64,000 bases of DNA from Escherichia coli (GCF_022846255.1 NZ_AP025682.1), one strand, 5' to 3'. Counted from the first letter of the stretch, positions 1-11,169 are shown. Numbers and translations are program-made. Notes: generated from the letters alone by a model not told the origin.

Positions 1-562
1 GTTCTTAATTTTGTTCTGTGAAACCGGTCTGGTGGTAACGCCGTTTTTACCGGGTGATTCATTGCTGTTTGTTGCCGGAGCGTTGGCATCACTGGAGACC
101 AACGATCTCAACGTCCATATGATGGTGGTGCTGATGCTGATCGCCGCGATTGTGGGTGACGCGGTCAATTACACTATCGGGCGGTTGTTCGGTGAAAAGT
201 TATTCAGTAATCCCAATTCGAAAATTTTCCGTCGCAGTTATCTCGACAAAACCCATCAGTTTTATGAGAAACATGGCGGCAAAACGATTATTCTCGCCCG
301 TTTTGTGCCGATCGTCAGAACGTTCGCCCCGTTTGTTGCGGGAATGGGCCACATGTCGTACCGTCATTTCGCCGCTTATAACGTGATTGGCGCACTGTTG
401 TGGGTACTGCTTTTTACCTACGCAGGCTATTTCTTCGGCACGCTCCCCTTCATTCAGAGCAACCTTAAACTGATGATTGTTGGCATTATTTTTGTTTCAA
501 TATTGCCAGGTGTTTTCGAATTTATTCGCCACAAACGCGCAGCGGCACGCGCCGCAAAATAA
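1..562 (+). CDS. dedA: DedA-family inner membrane protein, 5' end outside window
   Basis: ORF-track frame open to window start; translation recognised as E. coli DedA C-terminal part; followed by accD as in E. coli. Confidence 0.9.
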   Translation, partial: FLILFCETGLVVTPFLPGDSLLFVAGALASLETNDLNVHMMVVLMLIAAIVGDAVNYTIGRLFGEKLFSNPNSKIFRRSYLDKTHQFYEKHGGKTIILARFVPIVRTFAPFVAGMGHMSYRHFAAYNVIGALLWVLLFTYAGYFFGTLPFIQSNLKLMIVGIIFVSILPGVFEFIRHKRAAARAAK

Positions 563-717
563 AAAGTAACTCTGCGGTTCGACCACTTTTTTATCCAAAG
601 TTTCGGGCTGTTATGTTTTAATGTGCAACATTCATGGTCTGTTGGGGGCAAAAATGGCATTATGCGTCCCCAAAGATAAAACTGGCATCGAACCAGGTTC
701 AGACAGAAAGGTCCCTA

Positions 718-1632
718 ATGAGCTGGATTGAACGAATTAAAAGCAACATTACTCCCACCCGCAAGGCGAGCATTCCTGAAGGGGTGTGGACTAAGTGTGA
801 TAGCTGCGGTCAGGTTTTATACCGCGCTGAGCTGGAACGTAATCTTGAGGTCTGTCCGAAGTGTGACCATCACATGCGTATGACAGCGCGTAATCGCCTG
901 CATAGCCTGTTAGATGAAGGAAGCCTTGTGGAGCTGGGTAGCGAGCTTGAGCCGAAAGATGTGCTGAAGTTTCGTGACTCCAAGAAGTATAAAGACCGTC
1001 TGGCATCTGCGCAGAAAGAAACCGGCGAAAAAGATGCGCTGGTGGTGATGAAAGGCACTCTGTATGGAATGCCGGTTGTCGCTGCGGCATTCGAGTTCGC
1101 CTTTATGGGCGGTTCCATGGGGTCTGTTGTGGGTGCGCGTTTCGTGCGTGCCGTTGAGCAGGCGCTGGAAGATAACTGCCCACTGATCTGCTTCTCCGCC
1201 TCTGGTGGCGCACGTATGCAGGAAGCACTGATGTCGCTGATGCAGATGGCGAAAACCTCTGCGGCACTGGCAAAAATGCAGGAGCGCGGCTTGCCGTACA
1301 TCTCCGTGCTGACCGACCCGACCATGGGCGGTGTTTCTGCAAGTTTCGCCATGCTGGGCGATCTCAACATCGCTGAACCGAAAGCGTTAATTGGCTTTGC
1401 CGGTCCGCGTGTTATCGAACAGACCGTTCGCGAAAAACTGCCGCCAGGATTCCAGCGCAGTGAATTCCTGATCGAGAAAGGCGCGATCGACATGATCGTC
1501 CGTCGTCCGGAAATGCGCCTGAAACTGGCGAGCATTCTGGCGAAGTTGATGAATCTGCCAGCGCCGAATCCTGAAGCGCCGCGTGAAGGCATAGTGGTGC
1601 CACCGGTACCGGATCAGGAACCTGAGGCCTGA
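718..1632 (+). CDS. accD: Acetyl-CoA carboxylase carboxyltransferase beta subunit
   Basis: ORF 634..1632; start placed at internal ATG giving MSWIERIK..., 304 aa; Zn-finger CxxC...CxxC motif near N-terminus. Confidence 0.97.
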   Translation: MSWIERIKSNITPTRKASIPEGVWTKCDSCGQVLYRAELERNLEVCPKCDHHMRMTARNRLHSLLDEGSLVELGSELEPKDVLKFRDSKKYKDRLASAQKETGEKDALVVMKGTLYGMPVVAAAFEFAFMGGSMGSVVGARFVRAVEQALEDNCPLICFSASGGARMQEALMSLMQMAKTSAALAKMQERGLPYISVLTDPTMGGVSASFAMLGDLNIAEPKALIGFAGPRVIEQTVREKLPPGFQRSEFLIEKGAIDMIVRRPEMRLKLASILAKLMNLPAPNPEAPREGIVVPPVPDQEPEA

Positions 1633-1641
1633 TAACTGATA

Positions 1642-1670
1642 AGGGCAGGGCCACTGGCTCTGCCCTTTTG
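1642..1670 (+). terminator. Rho-independent terminator-like hairpin after accD
   Basis: AGGGCAG...CTGCCCT stem followed by TTTT. Confidence 0.5.
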
Positions 1671-1701
1671 CTATTCTCACCGTAACGAATCAGCGGATAC
1701 C

Positions 1702-2970
1702 ATGATTATCAAACGCACTCCTCAAGCCGCGTCGCCTCTGGCTTCGTGGCTTTCTTATCTGGAAAACCTGCACAGTAAAACTATCGATCTCGGCCTTGAG
1801 CGCGTGAGCCAGGTCGCGGCGCGTCTTGGCGTTCTGAAACCAGCGCCATTTGTGTTTACCGTTGCGGGTACTAATGGCAAAGGCACCACCTGCCGTACGC
1901 TGGAGTCGATTCTGATGGCGGCAGGGTACAAAGTGGGCGTCTACAGTTCGCCGCATCTGGTGCGTTATACCGAGCGCGTACGTGTGCAGGGTCAGGAATT
2001 GCCGGAATCGGCCCACACCGCTTCTTTTGCGGAGATTGAATCGGCACGCGGTGATATTTCCCTGACCTATTTCGAGTACGGTACGCTCTCGGCGTTGTGG
2101 CTGTTCAAGCAGGCACAACTTGACGTAGTGATTCTGGAAGTAGGGCTGGGCGGTCGTCTGGACGCAACCAATATTGTCGATGCCGATGTCGCGGTAGTAA
2201 CCAGTATTGCGCTGGATCATACCGACTGGCTGGGGCCAGATCGTGAAAGTATTGGTCGCGAGAAAGCAGGTATCTTTCGCAGCGAAAAACCGGCAATTGT
2301 CGGTGAGCCGGAGATGCCTTCTACCATTGCTGATGTGGCGCAGGAAAAAGGTGCACTGCTACAACGTCGGGGCGTTGAGTGGAACTATTCCGTCACCGAT
2401 CATGACTGGACGTTTAGCGATGCTCACGGCACGCTGGAAAATCTGCCGTTGCCGCTTGTCCCGCAACCGAATGCCGCAACGGCGCTGGCGGCACTGCGTG
2501 CCAGCGGGCTGGAGGTCAGTGAAAATGCCATTCGCGACGGGATTGCCAGCGCAATTTTGCCGGGACGTTTCCAGATTGTGAGCGAGTCGCCACGCGTTAT
2601 TTTTGATGTCGCGCATAATCCACATGCGGCGGAATATCTCACCGGGCGTATGAAAGCGCTACCGAAAAACGGGCGCGTGCTGGCGGTTATCGGTATGCTA
2701 CATGATAAAGATATTGCCGGAACTCTGGCCTGGTTGAAAAGCGTGGTTGATGACTGGTATTGTGCGCCACTGGAAGGGCCGCGCGGTGCCACGGCAGAAC
2801 AACTGCTTGAGCATTTGGGTAACGGCAAATCATTTGATAGCGTGGCGCAGGCATGGGATGCCGCAATGGCGGACGCTAAAGCGGAAGATACCGTGCTGGT
2901 GTGTGGTTCGTTCCACACGGTCGCACATGTCATGGAAGTGATTGACGCGAGGAGAAGCGGTGGCAAGTAA
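1702..2970 (+). CDS. folC: Bifunctional folylpolyglutamate synthase / dihydrofolate synthase
   Basis: 422-aa ORF recognised as FolC; downstream of accD as in E. coli. Confidence 0.97.
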   Translation: MIIKRTPQAASPLASWLSYLENLHSKTIDLGLERVSQVAARLGVLKPAPFVFTVAGTNGKGTTCRTLESILMAAGYKVGVYSSPHLVRYTERVRVQGQELPESAHTASFAEIESARGDISLTYFEYGTLSALWLFKQAQLDVVILEVGLGGRLDATNIVDADVAVVTSIALDHTDWLGPDRESIGREKAGIFRSEKPAIVGEPEMPSTIADVAQEKGALLQRRGVEWNYSVTDHDWTFSDAHGTLENLPLPLVPQPNAATALAALRASGLEVSENAIRDGIASAILPGRFQIVSESPRVIFDVAHNPHAAEYLTGRMKALPKNGRVLAVIGMLHDKDIAGTLAWLKSVVDDWYCAPLEGPRGATAEQLLEHLGNGKSFDSVAQAWDAAMADAKAEDTVLVCGSFHTVAHVMEVIDARRSGGK

Positions 2971-3616
2971 GTTTCAGAATCGGTTAGTGGGCACGATCGT
3001 GCTGGTGGCGCTGGGGGTGATTGTACTTCCAGGGCTGCTGGACGGGCAGAAAAAACATTATCAGGATGAGTTCGCGGCTATCCCGCTGGTGCCGAAAGCG
3101 GGCGATCGCGATGAGCCTGATATGATGCCAGCCGCCACCCAGGCGTTGCCGACGCAGCCGCCGGAAGGCGCAGCGGAAGAGGTGCGGGCAGGTGATGCCG
3201 CAGCACCGTCGCTCGATCCGGCCACTATTGCAGCCAATAACACCGAGTTTGAACCGGAACCTGCACCGGTCGTCCCACCGAAGCCGGTGGAGCCGCTTAA
3301 GCCAAAGGTTGAAGCACCACCTGCGCCGAAGCCAGAACCGAAGCCGGTCGTGGAAGAAAAAGCAGCGCCAACGGGTAAAGCCTATGTTGTACAACTGGGG
3401 GCGCTGAAAAATGCCGATAAAGTGAATGAGATTGTCGGTAAGCTGCGCGGTGCCGGTTATCGGGTTTATACGTCGCCATCCACGCCAGTGCAGGGTAAAA
3501 TTACCCGTATTCTGGTTGGGCCAGATGCCTCGAAAGATAAGCTGAAAGGTTCGCTGGGTGAGCTCAAGCAACTTTCTGGCTTAAGTGGTGTGGTAATGGG
3601 CTATACACCGAATTAA
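2960..3616 (+). CDS. dedD: Cell division protein DedD (SPOR domain)
   Basis: ORF 2942..3616; GTG at 2960 gives ..ASKFQNRLVG..; TM segment, Pro-rich linker, C-terminal SPOR-like region; overlaps folC 3' end; exact start uncertain. Confidence 0.88.
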   Translation: MASKFQNRLVGTIVLVALGVIVLPGLLDGQKKHYQDEFAAIPLVPKAGDRDEPDMMPAATQALPTQPPEGAAEEVRAGDAAAPSLDPATIAANNTEFEPEPAPVVPPKPVEPLKPKVEAPPAPKPEPKPVVEEKAAPTGKAYVVQLGALKNADKVNEIVGKLRGAGYRVYTSPSTPVQGKITRILVGPDASKDKLKGSLGELKQLSGLSGVVMGYTPN

Positions 3617-3625
3617 TACGGTCTT

Positions 3626-3798
3626 GCCTGATGCGACGCTGGCGCATCTTATCAGGCCTGGGCTGGAGTAGCCCCGTAGGTCGGATAAGGCGTTTACGCC
3701 GCATCCGACAGTCGTTGCCTGATGCGACACTGGCGTGTCTTATCAGGCCTACGCTGGAGCAGCCCCGCGCCGCATCCGACACGCATTGCACGATGCCG
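3626..3798. repeat. BIME cluster of about 4 REP (repetitive extragenic palindrome) units
   Basis: Alternating copies of GCCTGATGCGACGCTGGCGCATCTTATCAGGCC and GTAGGTCGGATAAGGCGTTTACGCCGCATCCGACA between dedD and cvpA. Confidence 0.9.
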
Positions 3799-3873
3799 CA
3801 AAGGCATAAAAAGTCGATGGCGTTGAATATTTTTTCAGCGCCATTTTTATTGATGCGCGGGAAGGAAATCCCT

Positions 3874-3889
3874 ACGCAAACGTTTTCTT
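3874..3889 (+). promoter_or_regulatory. PurR operator (PUR box) in cvpA-purF promoter region
   Basis: ACGCAAACGTTTTCTT matches PUR-box consensus; about 60 bp upstream of cvpA start. Confidence 0.7.
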
Positions 3890-3945
3890 TTTCTGTTAGA
3901 ATGCGCCCCGAACAGGATGACAGGGCGTAAAATCGTGGGACACAT

Positions 3946-4434
3946 ATGGTCTGGATTGATTACGCCATAATCGCGGTGATTGCTTTTTCCTCTCTGGTTA
4001 GCCTGATCCGCGGCTTTGTTCGTGAAGCGTTATCGCTGGTGACATGGGGTTGTGCTTTCTTTGTTGCCAGTCATTACTACACTTACCTGTCAGTCTGGTT
4101 TACGGGCTTTGAAGACGAACTGGTTCGAAATGGGATTGCCATCGCGGTACTGTTTATCGCTACCCTGATCGTTGGTGCTATCGTGAACTTCGTGATAGGC
4201 CAGTTGGTGGAGAAAACGGGGTTGTCAGGCACCGATCGGGTGTTGGGCGTCTGTTTCGGTGCGTTGCGCGGTGTGTTGATTGTTGCTGCCATTCTCTTCT
4301 TTCTCGACTCCTTTACCGGGGTGTCGAAAAGCGAAGACTGGAGCAAATCACAGCTGATCCCGCAGTTCAGTTTTATCATCAGATGGTTTTTTGATTATCT
4401 GCAAAGCTCGTCAAGTTTCTTGCCCAGAGCGTAA
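3946..4434 (+). CDS. cvpA: Colicin V production membrane protein CvpA
   Basis: 162-aa hydrophobic ORF MVWIDYAIIAV...; first gene of cvpA-purF-ubiX cluster. Confidence 0.95.
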   Translation: MVWIDYAIIAVIAFSSLVSLIRGFVREALSLVTWGCAFFVASHYYTYLSVWFTGFEDELVRNGIAIAVLFIATLIVGAIVNFVIGQLVEKTGLSGTDRVLGVCFGALRGVLIVAAILFFLDSFTGVSKSEDWSKSQLIPQFSFIIRWFFDYLQSSSSFLPRA

Positions 4435-4470
4435 GTGCTCTGAGATGTGGCTTAACGAGGAAAAAGACGT

Positions 4471-5988
4471 ATGTGCGGTATTGTCGGTATCGCCGGTGTT
4501 ATGCCGGTTAACCAGTCGATTTATGATGCCTTAACGGTGCTTCAGCATCGCGGTCAGGATGCCGCCGGCATCATCACCATAGATGCCAATAACTGCTTCC
4601 GTTTGCGTAAAGCGAACGGGCTGGTGAGCGATGTATTTGAAGCTCGCCATATGCAGCGTTTGCAGGGCAATATGGGCATTGGTCATGTGCGTTACCCTAC
4701 GGCTGGCAGCTCCAGCGCCTCTGAAGCGCAGCCGTTTTACGTTAACTCTCCGTATGGCATTACGCTTGCCCACAACGGCAATCTGACCAACGCTCACGAG
4801 TTGCGTAAAAAACTGTTTGAAGAAAAACGCCGCCACATCAACACCACTTCCGACTCGGAAATTCTGCTTAATATCTTTGCCAGCGAACTGGACAACTTCC
4901 GCCACTACCCGCTGGAAGCCGACAACATTTTCGCCGCCATCGCTGCTACAAACCGCTTAATCCGCGGCGCGTATGCCTGTGTGGCGATGATTATCGGCCA
5001 CGGTATGGTTGCTTTCCGCGATCCAAACGGGATTCGTCCGCTGGTACTGGGGAAACGTGATATTGACGAGAACCGTACAGAATATATGGTCGCTTCCGAA
5101 AGCGTTGCGCTCGATACGCTGGGCTTTGATTTCCTGCGTGACGTCGCGCCGGGCGAAGCGATTTACATCACTGAAGAAGGGCAGTTGTTTACCCGTCAAT
5201 GTGCTGACAATCCGGTCAGCAATCCGTGCCTGTTTGAGTATGTATACTTTGCCCGCCCGGACTCGTTCATCGACAAAATTTCCGTTTACAGCGCGCGCGT
5301 GAATATGGGCACCAAACTGGGCGAAAAAATTGCCCGCGAATGGGAAGATCTGGATATCGACGTGGTGATCCCTATTCCGGAAACCTCGTGCGATATCGCG
5401 CTGGAAATTGCGCGTATTCTGGGCAAACCGTACCGCCAGGGCTTCGTTAAAAACCGCTATGTTGGCCGCACCTTCATCATGCCGGGTCAGCAGCTGCGTC
5501 GTAAGTCCGTGCGCCGTAAACTGAACGCCAACCGCGCCGAGTTCCGCGATAAAAACGTCCTGCTGGTCGACGACTCTATCGTCCGTGGCACCACGTCTGA
5601 GCAGATTATCGAGATGGCACGCGAAGCCGGAGCGAAGAAAGTGTACCTCGCTTCTGCGGCACCGGAAATTCGCTTCCCGAACGTTTACGGTATCGATATG
5701 CCGAGCGCCACGGAACTGATCGCTCACGGTCGCGAAGTAGATGAAATTCGCCAGATCATCGGTGCTGACGGGTTGATTTTCCAGGATCTGAACGATCTGA
5801 TCGAAGCCGTTCGCGCTGAAAACCCGGATATCCAGCAGTTTGAATGCTCGGTGTTCAACGGCGTCTACGTCACCAAAGACGTTGATCAGAGCTATCTCGA
5901 TTTTCTTGATACTTTACGTAATGACGATGCCAAAGCCGTGCAACGTCAGAACGAAGTGGAAAATCTCGAAATGCATAACGAAGGATAA
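4471..5988 (+). CDS. purF: Amidophosphoribosyltransferase
   Basis: 505 aa, N-terminal MCGIVGI (Ntn-hydrolase Cys1), PRTase motif. Confidence 0.98.
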   Translation: MCGIVGIAGVMPVNQSIYDALTVLQHRGQDAAGIITIDANNCFRLRKANGLVSDVFEARHMQRLQGNMGIGHVRYPTAGSSSASEAQPFYVNSPYGITLAHNGNLTNAHELRKKLFEEKRRHINTTSDSEILLNIFASELDNFRHYPLEADNIFAAIAATNRLIRGAYACVAMIIGHGMVAFRDPNGIRPLVLGKRDIDENRTEYMVASESVALDTLGFDFLRDVAPGEAIYITEEGQLFTRQCADNPVSNPCLFEYVYFARPDSFIDKISVYSARVNMGTKLGEKIAREWEDLDIDVVIPIPETSCDIALEIARILGKPYRQGFVKNRYVGRTFIMPGQQLRRKSVRRKLNANRAEFRDKNVLLVDDSIVRGTTSEQIIEMAREAGAKKVYLASAAPEIRFPNVYGIDMPSATELIAHGREVDEIRQIIGADGLIFQDLNDLIEAVRAENPDIQQFECSVFNGVYVTKDVDQSYLDFLDTLRNDDAKAVQRQNEVENLEMHNEG

Positions 5989-6082
5989 CACCTTCGCTCA
6001 GGGTGCCGGTCTGGCACCCTGACTTGCAACTCCCGTCGAAATCCTGCAAAGTCTGCCTGCAAGTCTGACAGGGCAACTATTT

Positions 6083-6652
6083 ATGAAACGACTCATTGTA
6101 GGCATCAGCGGTGCCAGCGGCGCGATTTATGGCGTGCGCTTATTACAGGTTCTGCGCGATGTCGCAGATGTTGAAACGCATCTGGTGATGAGCCAGGCCG
6201 CGCGCCAGACCTTATCTCTTGAAACGGATTTTTCCCTGCGCGAAGTGCAGGCGTTAGCTGATGTGACGCACGATGCGCGCGATATTGCTGCCAGCATCTC
6301 TTCTGGTTCTTTCCAGACGCTGGGGATGGTGATTTTACCCTGTTCAATCAAAACCCTGTCCGGCATTGTCCATAGCTATACTGATGGCTTACTGACCCGT
6401 GCGGCAGATGTGGTGCTGAAAGAGCGTCGCCCGCTGGTGCTCTGCGTGCGTGAAACACCATTGCACTTAGGCCATCTGCGTTTAATGACCCAGGCGGCAG
6501 AAATTGGTGCGGTGATTATGCCTCCCGTTCCGGCGTTTTATCATCGCCCGCAATCCCTTGATGATGTGATAAATCAGACGGTTAATCGTGTTCTTGACCA
6601 GTTTGCGATAACCCTTCCTGAAGATCTCTTTGCCCGCTGGCAGGGCGCATAA
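6083..6652 (+). CDS. ubiX: Flavin prenyltransferase UbiX
   Basis: 189-aa ORF MKRLIVGISGASGAIYG..., flavoprotein fold signature. Confidence 0.96.
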   Translation: MKRLIVGISGASGAIYGVRLLQVLRDVADVETHLVMSQAARQTLSLETDFSLREVQALADVTHDARDIAASISSGSFQTLGMVILPCSIKTLSGIVHSYTDGLLTRAADVVLKERRPLVLCVRETPLHLGHLRLMTQAAEIGAVIMPPVPAFYHRPQSLDDVINQTVNRVLDQFAITLPEDLFARWQGA

Positions 6653-6833
6653 CTCCGCTGTTGCCCTGTTTCAGGGCAATTTTGCAACCGCGATCAAATC
6701 CTCGACATTTTGTTCCTTTCGATGAATCGAAACGCTGCGATTCAACCGCCATACCTGCTATCTTCAACTCTAGGACAATAATGCAACGTCTTATTAACAT
6801 ATTTAACGTTGAATGTTACTGTTGTCGTAAAGA

Positions 6834-6850
6834 TGGCATAAGACCTGCAT
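6834..6850 (+). promoter_or_regulatory. Candidate sigma54 promoter upstream of argT
   Basis: TGGCAT-N5-CTGCAT; GG and GC at canonical -24/-12 spacing, about 68 bp upstream of argT ATG. Confidence 0.5.
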
Positions 6851-6917
6851 GAAAGAGCCTGCAAACACACAACACAATACACAACATAAAAAAGCCATTT
6901 TCACTTGAGGGTTATGT

Positions 6918-7700
6918 ATGAAGAAGTCGATTCTCGCTCTGTCTTTGTTAGTCGGTCTCTCCGCAGCGGCTTCCAGCTATGCGGCGCTACCGGAGACGGT
7001 ACGTATCGGAACCGATACCACCTATGCGCCGTTCTCATCGAAAGATGCCAAAGGTGACTTTGTTGGCTTTGATATCGATCTCGGTAACGAGATGTGCAAA
7101 CGGATGCAGGTGAAATGTACCTGGGTTGCCAGTGACTTTGACGCGCTGATCCCCTCACTAAAAGCGAAAAAAATCGACGCCATTATTTCGTCGCTCTCCA
7201 TTACCGATAAACGTCAGCAGGAGATTGCTTTCTCCGACAAGTTGTACGCCGCAGATTCTCGTTTGATTGCCGCCAAAGGTTCACCGATTCAGCCAACGCT
7301 GGATTCACTGAAAGGTAAACATGTGGGTGTGCTGCAGGGATCAACCCAGGAAGCATACGCTAACGAGACCTGGCGTAGCAAAGGCGTGGATGTGGTGGCC
7401 TATGCCAACCAGGATTTGGTTTATTCCGATCTGGCTGCAGGACGTCTGGATGCTGCGTTACAAGATGAAGTTGCTGCCAGTGAAGGATTCCTCAAGCAAC
7501 CTGCTGGTAAAGATTTCGCCTTTGCTGGCTCATCAGTGAAAGACAAAAAATACTTCGGTGACGGTACCGGTGTAGGGCTACGTAAAGATGATGCTGAACT
7601 GACGGCGGCGTTTAATAAGGCGCTTGGCGAGCTGCGTCAGGACGGTACCTACGACAAGATGGCGAAAAAGTATTTCGACTTTAATGTCTACGGTGACTGA
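6918..7700 (+). CDS. argT: Lysine/arginine/ornithine periplasmic binding protein
   Basis: 260 aa with signal peptide; paralogous to hisJ immediately downstream. Confidence 0.96.
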   Translation: MKKSILALSLLVGLSAAASSYAALPETVRIGTDTTYAPFSSKDAKGDFVGFDIDLGNEMCKRMQVKCTWVASDFDALIPSLKAKKIDAIISSLSITDKRQQEIAFSDKLYAADSRLIAAKGSPIQPTLDSLKGKHVGVLQGSTQEAYANETWRSKGVDVVAYANQDLVYSDLAAGRLDAALQDEVAASEGFLKQPAGKDFAFAGSSVKDKKYFGDGTGVGLRKDDAELTAAFNKALGELRQDGTYDKMAKKYFDFNVYGD

Positions 7701-7758
7701 TACGTCGCAGGGAAACTGTACCTGATGGAATGATCATCATGGTGCACGCCAGGTTTGT

Positions 7759-7775
7759 TGCACTATCGTGGTGCA
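7759..7775 (+). promoter_or_regulatory. Candidate NtrC binding site upstream of hisJ
   Basis: TGCACT-ATCGT-GGTGCA (11/12 to TGCACC-N5-GGTGCA); extra GGTGCA half-site at 7741. Confidence 0.4.
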
Positions 7776-7856
7776 TTGAAATGCATACTTAAGCATTTTT
7801 AATGAAAAATAATACGTCTAACGGGGCGGGATATTTTGCCTTGATGGTCAATTTTA

Positions 7857-7872
7857 TGGCACGATAAGTGTA
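7857..7872 (+). promoter_or_regulatory. Sigma54-like -24 element upstream of hisJ, imperfect -12
   Basis: TGGCACGATAAGTGTA: perfect TGGCAC, -12 reads GT instead of GC; about 100 bp downstream of the NtrC-like site. Confidence 0.3.
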
Positions 7873-7920
7873 ACAAACCTGTAAATATTCCCTATAAAAA
7901 GACTGTCAGTTGAGGACATT

Positions 7921-8703
7921 ATGAAAAAACTGGTGCTATCGCTCTCTCTGGTTCTGGCCTTCTCCAGCGCAACTGCGGCGTTTGCTGCGATTCCGCAAAA
8001 CATCCGCATCGGTACCGATCCGACCTATGCGCCATTTGAATCAAAAAATTCACAAGGCGAACTGGTTGGCTTCGATATCGATCTGGCGAAGGAGTTGTGC
8101 AAACGCATCAATACGCAATGTACGTTTGTCGAAAACCCACTGGATGCGTTAATCCCGTCCTTAAAAGCGAAGAAGATTGACGCCATCATGTCATCGCTTT
8201 CCATTACGGAAAAACGTCAGCAAGAAATTGCCTTCACCGACAAACTGTACGCTGCCGATTCTCGTCTGGTGGTGGCGAAAAATTCCGACATTCAGCCGAC
8301 AGTCGAGTCGCTGAAAGGCAAACGGGTAGGCGTATTGCAGGGCACCACCCAGGAGACGTTCGGTAACGAACATTGGGCACCAAAAGGCATTGAAATCGTT
8401 TCTTATCAGGGGCAGGACAACATTTATTCTGACCTGACTGCCGGACGTATTGATGCCGCGTTCCAGGATGAGGTCGCTGCCAGCGAAGGTTTCCTCAAAC
8501 AACCCGTCGGTAAAGATTACAAATTCGGTGGTCCGTCTGTTAAAGATGAAAAACTGTTTGGCGTAGGGACCGGCATGGGCCTGCGTAAAGAAGATAACGA
8601 ACTGCGCGAGGCACTGAACAAAGCCTTTGCCGAAATGCGCGCTGACGGTACTTACGAGAAATTAGCGAAAAAGTACTTCGATTTTGATGTTTATGGTGGT
8701 TAA
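7921..8703 (+). CDS. hisJ: Histidine periplasmic binding protein
   Basis: 260 aa with signal peptide; followed by hisQMP. Confidence 0.96.
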   Translation: MKKLVLSLSLVLAFSSATAAFAAIPQNIRIGTDPTYAPFESKNSQGELVGFDIDLAKELCKRINTQCTFVENPLDALIPSLKAKKIDAIMSSLSITEKRQQEIAFTDKLYAADSRLVVAKNSDIQPTVESLKGKRVGVLQGTTQETFGNEHWAPKGIEIVSYQGQDNIYSDLTAGRIDAAFQDEVAASEGFLKQPVGKDYKFGGPSVKDEKLFGVGTGMGLRKEDNELREALNKAFAEMRADGTYEKLAKKYFDFDVYGG

Positions 8704-8727
8704 TCGCCATCGGTGAAAGAAAGTCCG

Positions 8728-8751
8728 CTCCCTTCGGGTAACCGGAGGGAG
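8728..8751 (+). promoter_or_regulatory. hisJ-hisQ intercistronic stem-loop
   Basis: CTCCCTTCGGGTAACCGGAGGGAG inverted repeat just after hisJ stop. Confidence 0.5.
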
Positions 8752-8792
8752 ACAAGAGGCGGTAATTCACCACACACGACAGGACAGGCAGC

Positions 8793-9479
8793 ATGTTGTA
8801 TGGGTTTTCAGGTGTTATTTTACAGGGTGCGCTCGTCACGCTGGAGCTGGCTATCAGCTCTGTAGTGCTCGCTGTAATCATCGGTTTAATTGGCGCTGGC
8901 GGTAAGCTCTCGCAAAATCGGCTTTCGGGCCTTATTTTCGAAGGGTACACCACGCTGATTCGAGGCGTGCCGGACTTGGTGTTGATGCTGCTAATTTTCT
9001 ACGGTTTGCAGATTGCACTAAACACGGTGACGGAGGCGATGGGCGTCGGGCAGATTGATATTGATCCGATGGTCGCAGGTATTATCACTCTCGGTTTTAT
9101 CTACGGTGCTTACTTTACCGAAACGTTCCGTGGCGCGTTTATGGCTGTGCCGAAAGGGCATATAGAGGCGGCGACGGCGTTCGGTTTTACTCGTGGGCAA
9201 GTGTTTCGGCGGATTATGTTTCCGGCGATGATGCGTTACGCTCTGCCAGGCATTGGCAACAACTGGCAGGTGATTCTCAAATCTACCGCTTTGGTTTCGT
9301 TACTCGGCCTGGAAGATGTGGTCAAAGCCACGCAGCTGGCAGGCAAAAGTACCTGGGAACCGTTCTATTTCGCTATCGTCTGCGGCGTGATTTACCTGGT
9401 TTTCACCACCGTTTCCAATGGTGTGCTGCTGTTCCTTGAGCGCCGCTACTCCGTGGGTGTGAAGAGGGCTGACTTGTGA
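8793..9479 (+). CDS. hisQ: Histidine ABC transporter permease
   Basis: 228-aa polytopic membrane ORF. Confidence 0.96.
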   Translation: MLYGFSGVILQGALVTLELAISSVVLAVIIGLIGAGGKLSQNRLSGLIFEGYTTLIRGVPDLVLMLLIFYGLQIALNTVTEAMGVGQIDIDPMVAGIITLGFIYGAYFTETFRGAFMAVPKGHIEAATAFGFTRGQVFRRIMFPAMMRYALPGIGNNWQVILKSTALVSLLGLEDVVKATQLAGKSTWEPFYFAIVCGVIYLVFTTVSNGVLLFLERRYSVGVKRADL

Positions 9480-10192
9480 TCGAAATCTTACATGAATACT
9501 GGAAACCACTGCTGTGGACTGACGGTTATCGCTTTACTGGCGTGGCGATCACCCTGTGGCTGCTGATTTTGTCGGTAGTGATAGGCGGAGTTCTGGCGCT
9601 GTTTCTGGCGATTGGTCGCGTCTCAAGTAATAAATACATCCAGTTTCCAATCTGGTTATTTACCTATATTTTTCGCGGTACGCCGCTGTATGTTCAGTTG
9701 CTGGTGTTCTATTCCGGCATGTACACGCTGGAGATTGTTAAGGGAACCGAGTTCCTTAACGCCTTTTTTCGCAGTGGTCTGAACTGTACCGTGCTGGCGC
9801 TGACGCTTAACACCTGCGCTTACACTACCGAGATTTTTGCCGGGGCAATCCGTTCAGTGCCGCATGGGGAAATTGAAGCCGCCAGAGCCTATGGCTTCTC
9901 GACCTTTAAAATGTATCGCTGCATTATTTTGCCTTCTGCGCTGCGTATTGCGTTACCGGCATACAGCAACGAAGTGATCCTGATGCTGCACTCTACTGCG
10001 CTGGCATTTACTGCCACGGTGCCGGATCTGCTGAAAATTGCCCGCGATATTAACGCCGCCACGTATCAACCTTTTACCGCCTTCGGCATTGCCGCGGTGC
10101 TCTATTTAATCATCTCTTATGTCCTGATCAGCCTCTTTCGCAGAGCGGAAAAACGCTGGTTGCAGCATGTGAAACCTTCTTCAACGCACTGA
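9476..10192 (+). CDS. hisM: Histidine ABC transporter permease
   Basis: 238-aa membrane ORF; 4-nt overlap with hisQ stop (translational coupling). Confidence 0.96.
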   Translation: MIEILHEYWKPLLWTDGYRFTGVAITLWLLILSVVIGGVLALFLAIGRVSSNKYIQFPIWLFTYIFRGTPLYVQLLVFYSGMYTLEIVKGTEFLNAFFRSGLNCTVLALTLNTCAYTTEIFAGAIRSVPHGEIEAARAYGFSTFKMYRCIILPSALRIALPAYSNEVILMLHSTALAFTATVPDLLKIARDINAATYQPFTAFGIAAVLYLIISYVLISLFRRAEKRWLQHVKPSSTH

Positions 10193-10199
10193 GAATACG

Positions 10200-10973
10200 A
10201 TGTCCGAGAATAAATTAAACGTTATCGATTTGCACAAACGCTACGGCGAACACGAAGTGCTGAAAGGGGTTTCACTGCAAGCGAATGCCGGAGATGTAAT
10301 TAGCATCATCGGATCGTCGGGATCGGGGAAAAGTACCTTTCTGCGCTGCATTAACTTCCTCGAAAAACCGAGCGAAGGATCGATCGTGGTCAATGGCCAG
10401 ACGATCAATCTGGTGCGCGACAAAGATGGTCAACTCAAAGTCGCCGATAAAAATCAGCTGCGCTTACTGCGCACACGCCTGACGATGGTATTCCAGCACT
10501 TCAATCTCTGGAGCCATATGACGGTGCTGGAAAACGTCATGGAAGCGCCGATTCAGGTGTTGGGCCTGAGCAAGCAGGAAGCGCGCGAGCGGGCGGTGAA
10601 GTATCTGGCGAAAGTCGGGATAGACGAACGTGCGCAGGGGAAATATCCGGTGCATCTTTCCGGCGGTCAGCAACAGCGTGTTTCCATCGCAAGGGCGCTG
10701 GCAATGGAACCGGAAGTTTTACTGTTTGATGAACCTACCTCGGCGCTCGATCCTGAACTGGTAGGCGAAGTGTTGCGTATTATGCAGCAACTGGCAGAAG
10801 AGGGGAAAACCATGGTGGTGGTGACTCACGAAATGGGCTTTGCTCGCCATGTTTCTACTCACGTCATTTTTCTCCATCGGGGGAAAATAGAGGAAGAAGG
10901 CGCGCCGGAGCAGTTATTTGGCAACCCGCAAAGCCCTCGTCTGCAACAGTTCCTTAAGGGATCGCTGAAATAA
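10200..10973 (+). CDS. hisP: Histidine ABC transporter ATP-binding protein
   Basis: 257 aa; Walker [13 protein letters not shown] signature LSGGQQQR, Walker [12 protein letters not shown]. Confidence 0.97.
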   Translation: MSENKLNVIDLHKRYGEHEVLKGVSLQANAGDVISIIGSSGSGKSTFLRCINFLEKPSEGSIVVNGQTINLVRDKDGQLKVADKNQLRLLRTRLTMVFQHFNLWSHMTVLENVMEAPIQVLGLSKQEARERAVKYLAKVGIDERAQGKYPVHLSGGQQQRVSIARALAMEPEVLLFDEPTSALDPELVGEVLRIMQQLAEEGKTMVVVTHEMGFARHVSTHVIFLHRGKIEEEGAPEQLFGNPQSPRLQQFLKGSLK

Positions 10974-10978
10974 TTCCC

Positions 10979-11010
10979 CCTCCGGTAGCTAACGCTGCCG
11001 GAGTATTTTC
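10979..11010 (+). terminator. Weak terminator-like hairpin after hisP
   Basis: CTCCGG...CCGGAG stem with 12-nt loop followed by TATTTT. Confidence 0.35.
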
Positions 11011-11169
11011 AAGGGAAATTTGCGAGTCCGCTTCCGCTGAAATGTAAAAGTTGCAGCACGCTAAAAATACTTCTGAATTCGCTGTCCAAAGATAAAAACT
11101 GCCTGCTGCATTGGGTGTTAATCGTGGTTATTGTCGCGTCATCTTAAATTTGAGGGGTGACGGAACGCC

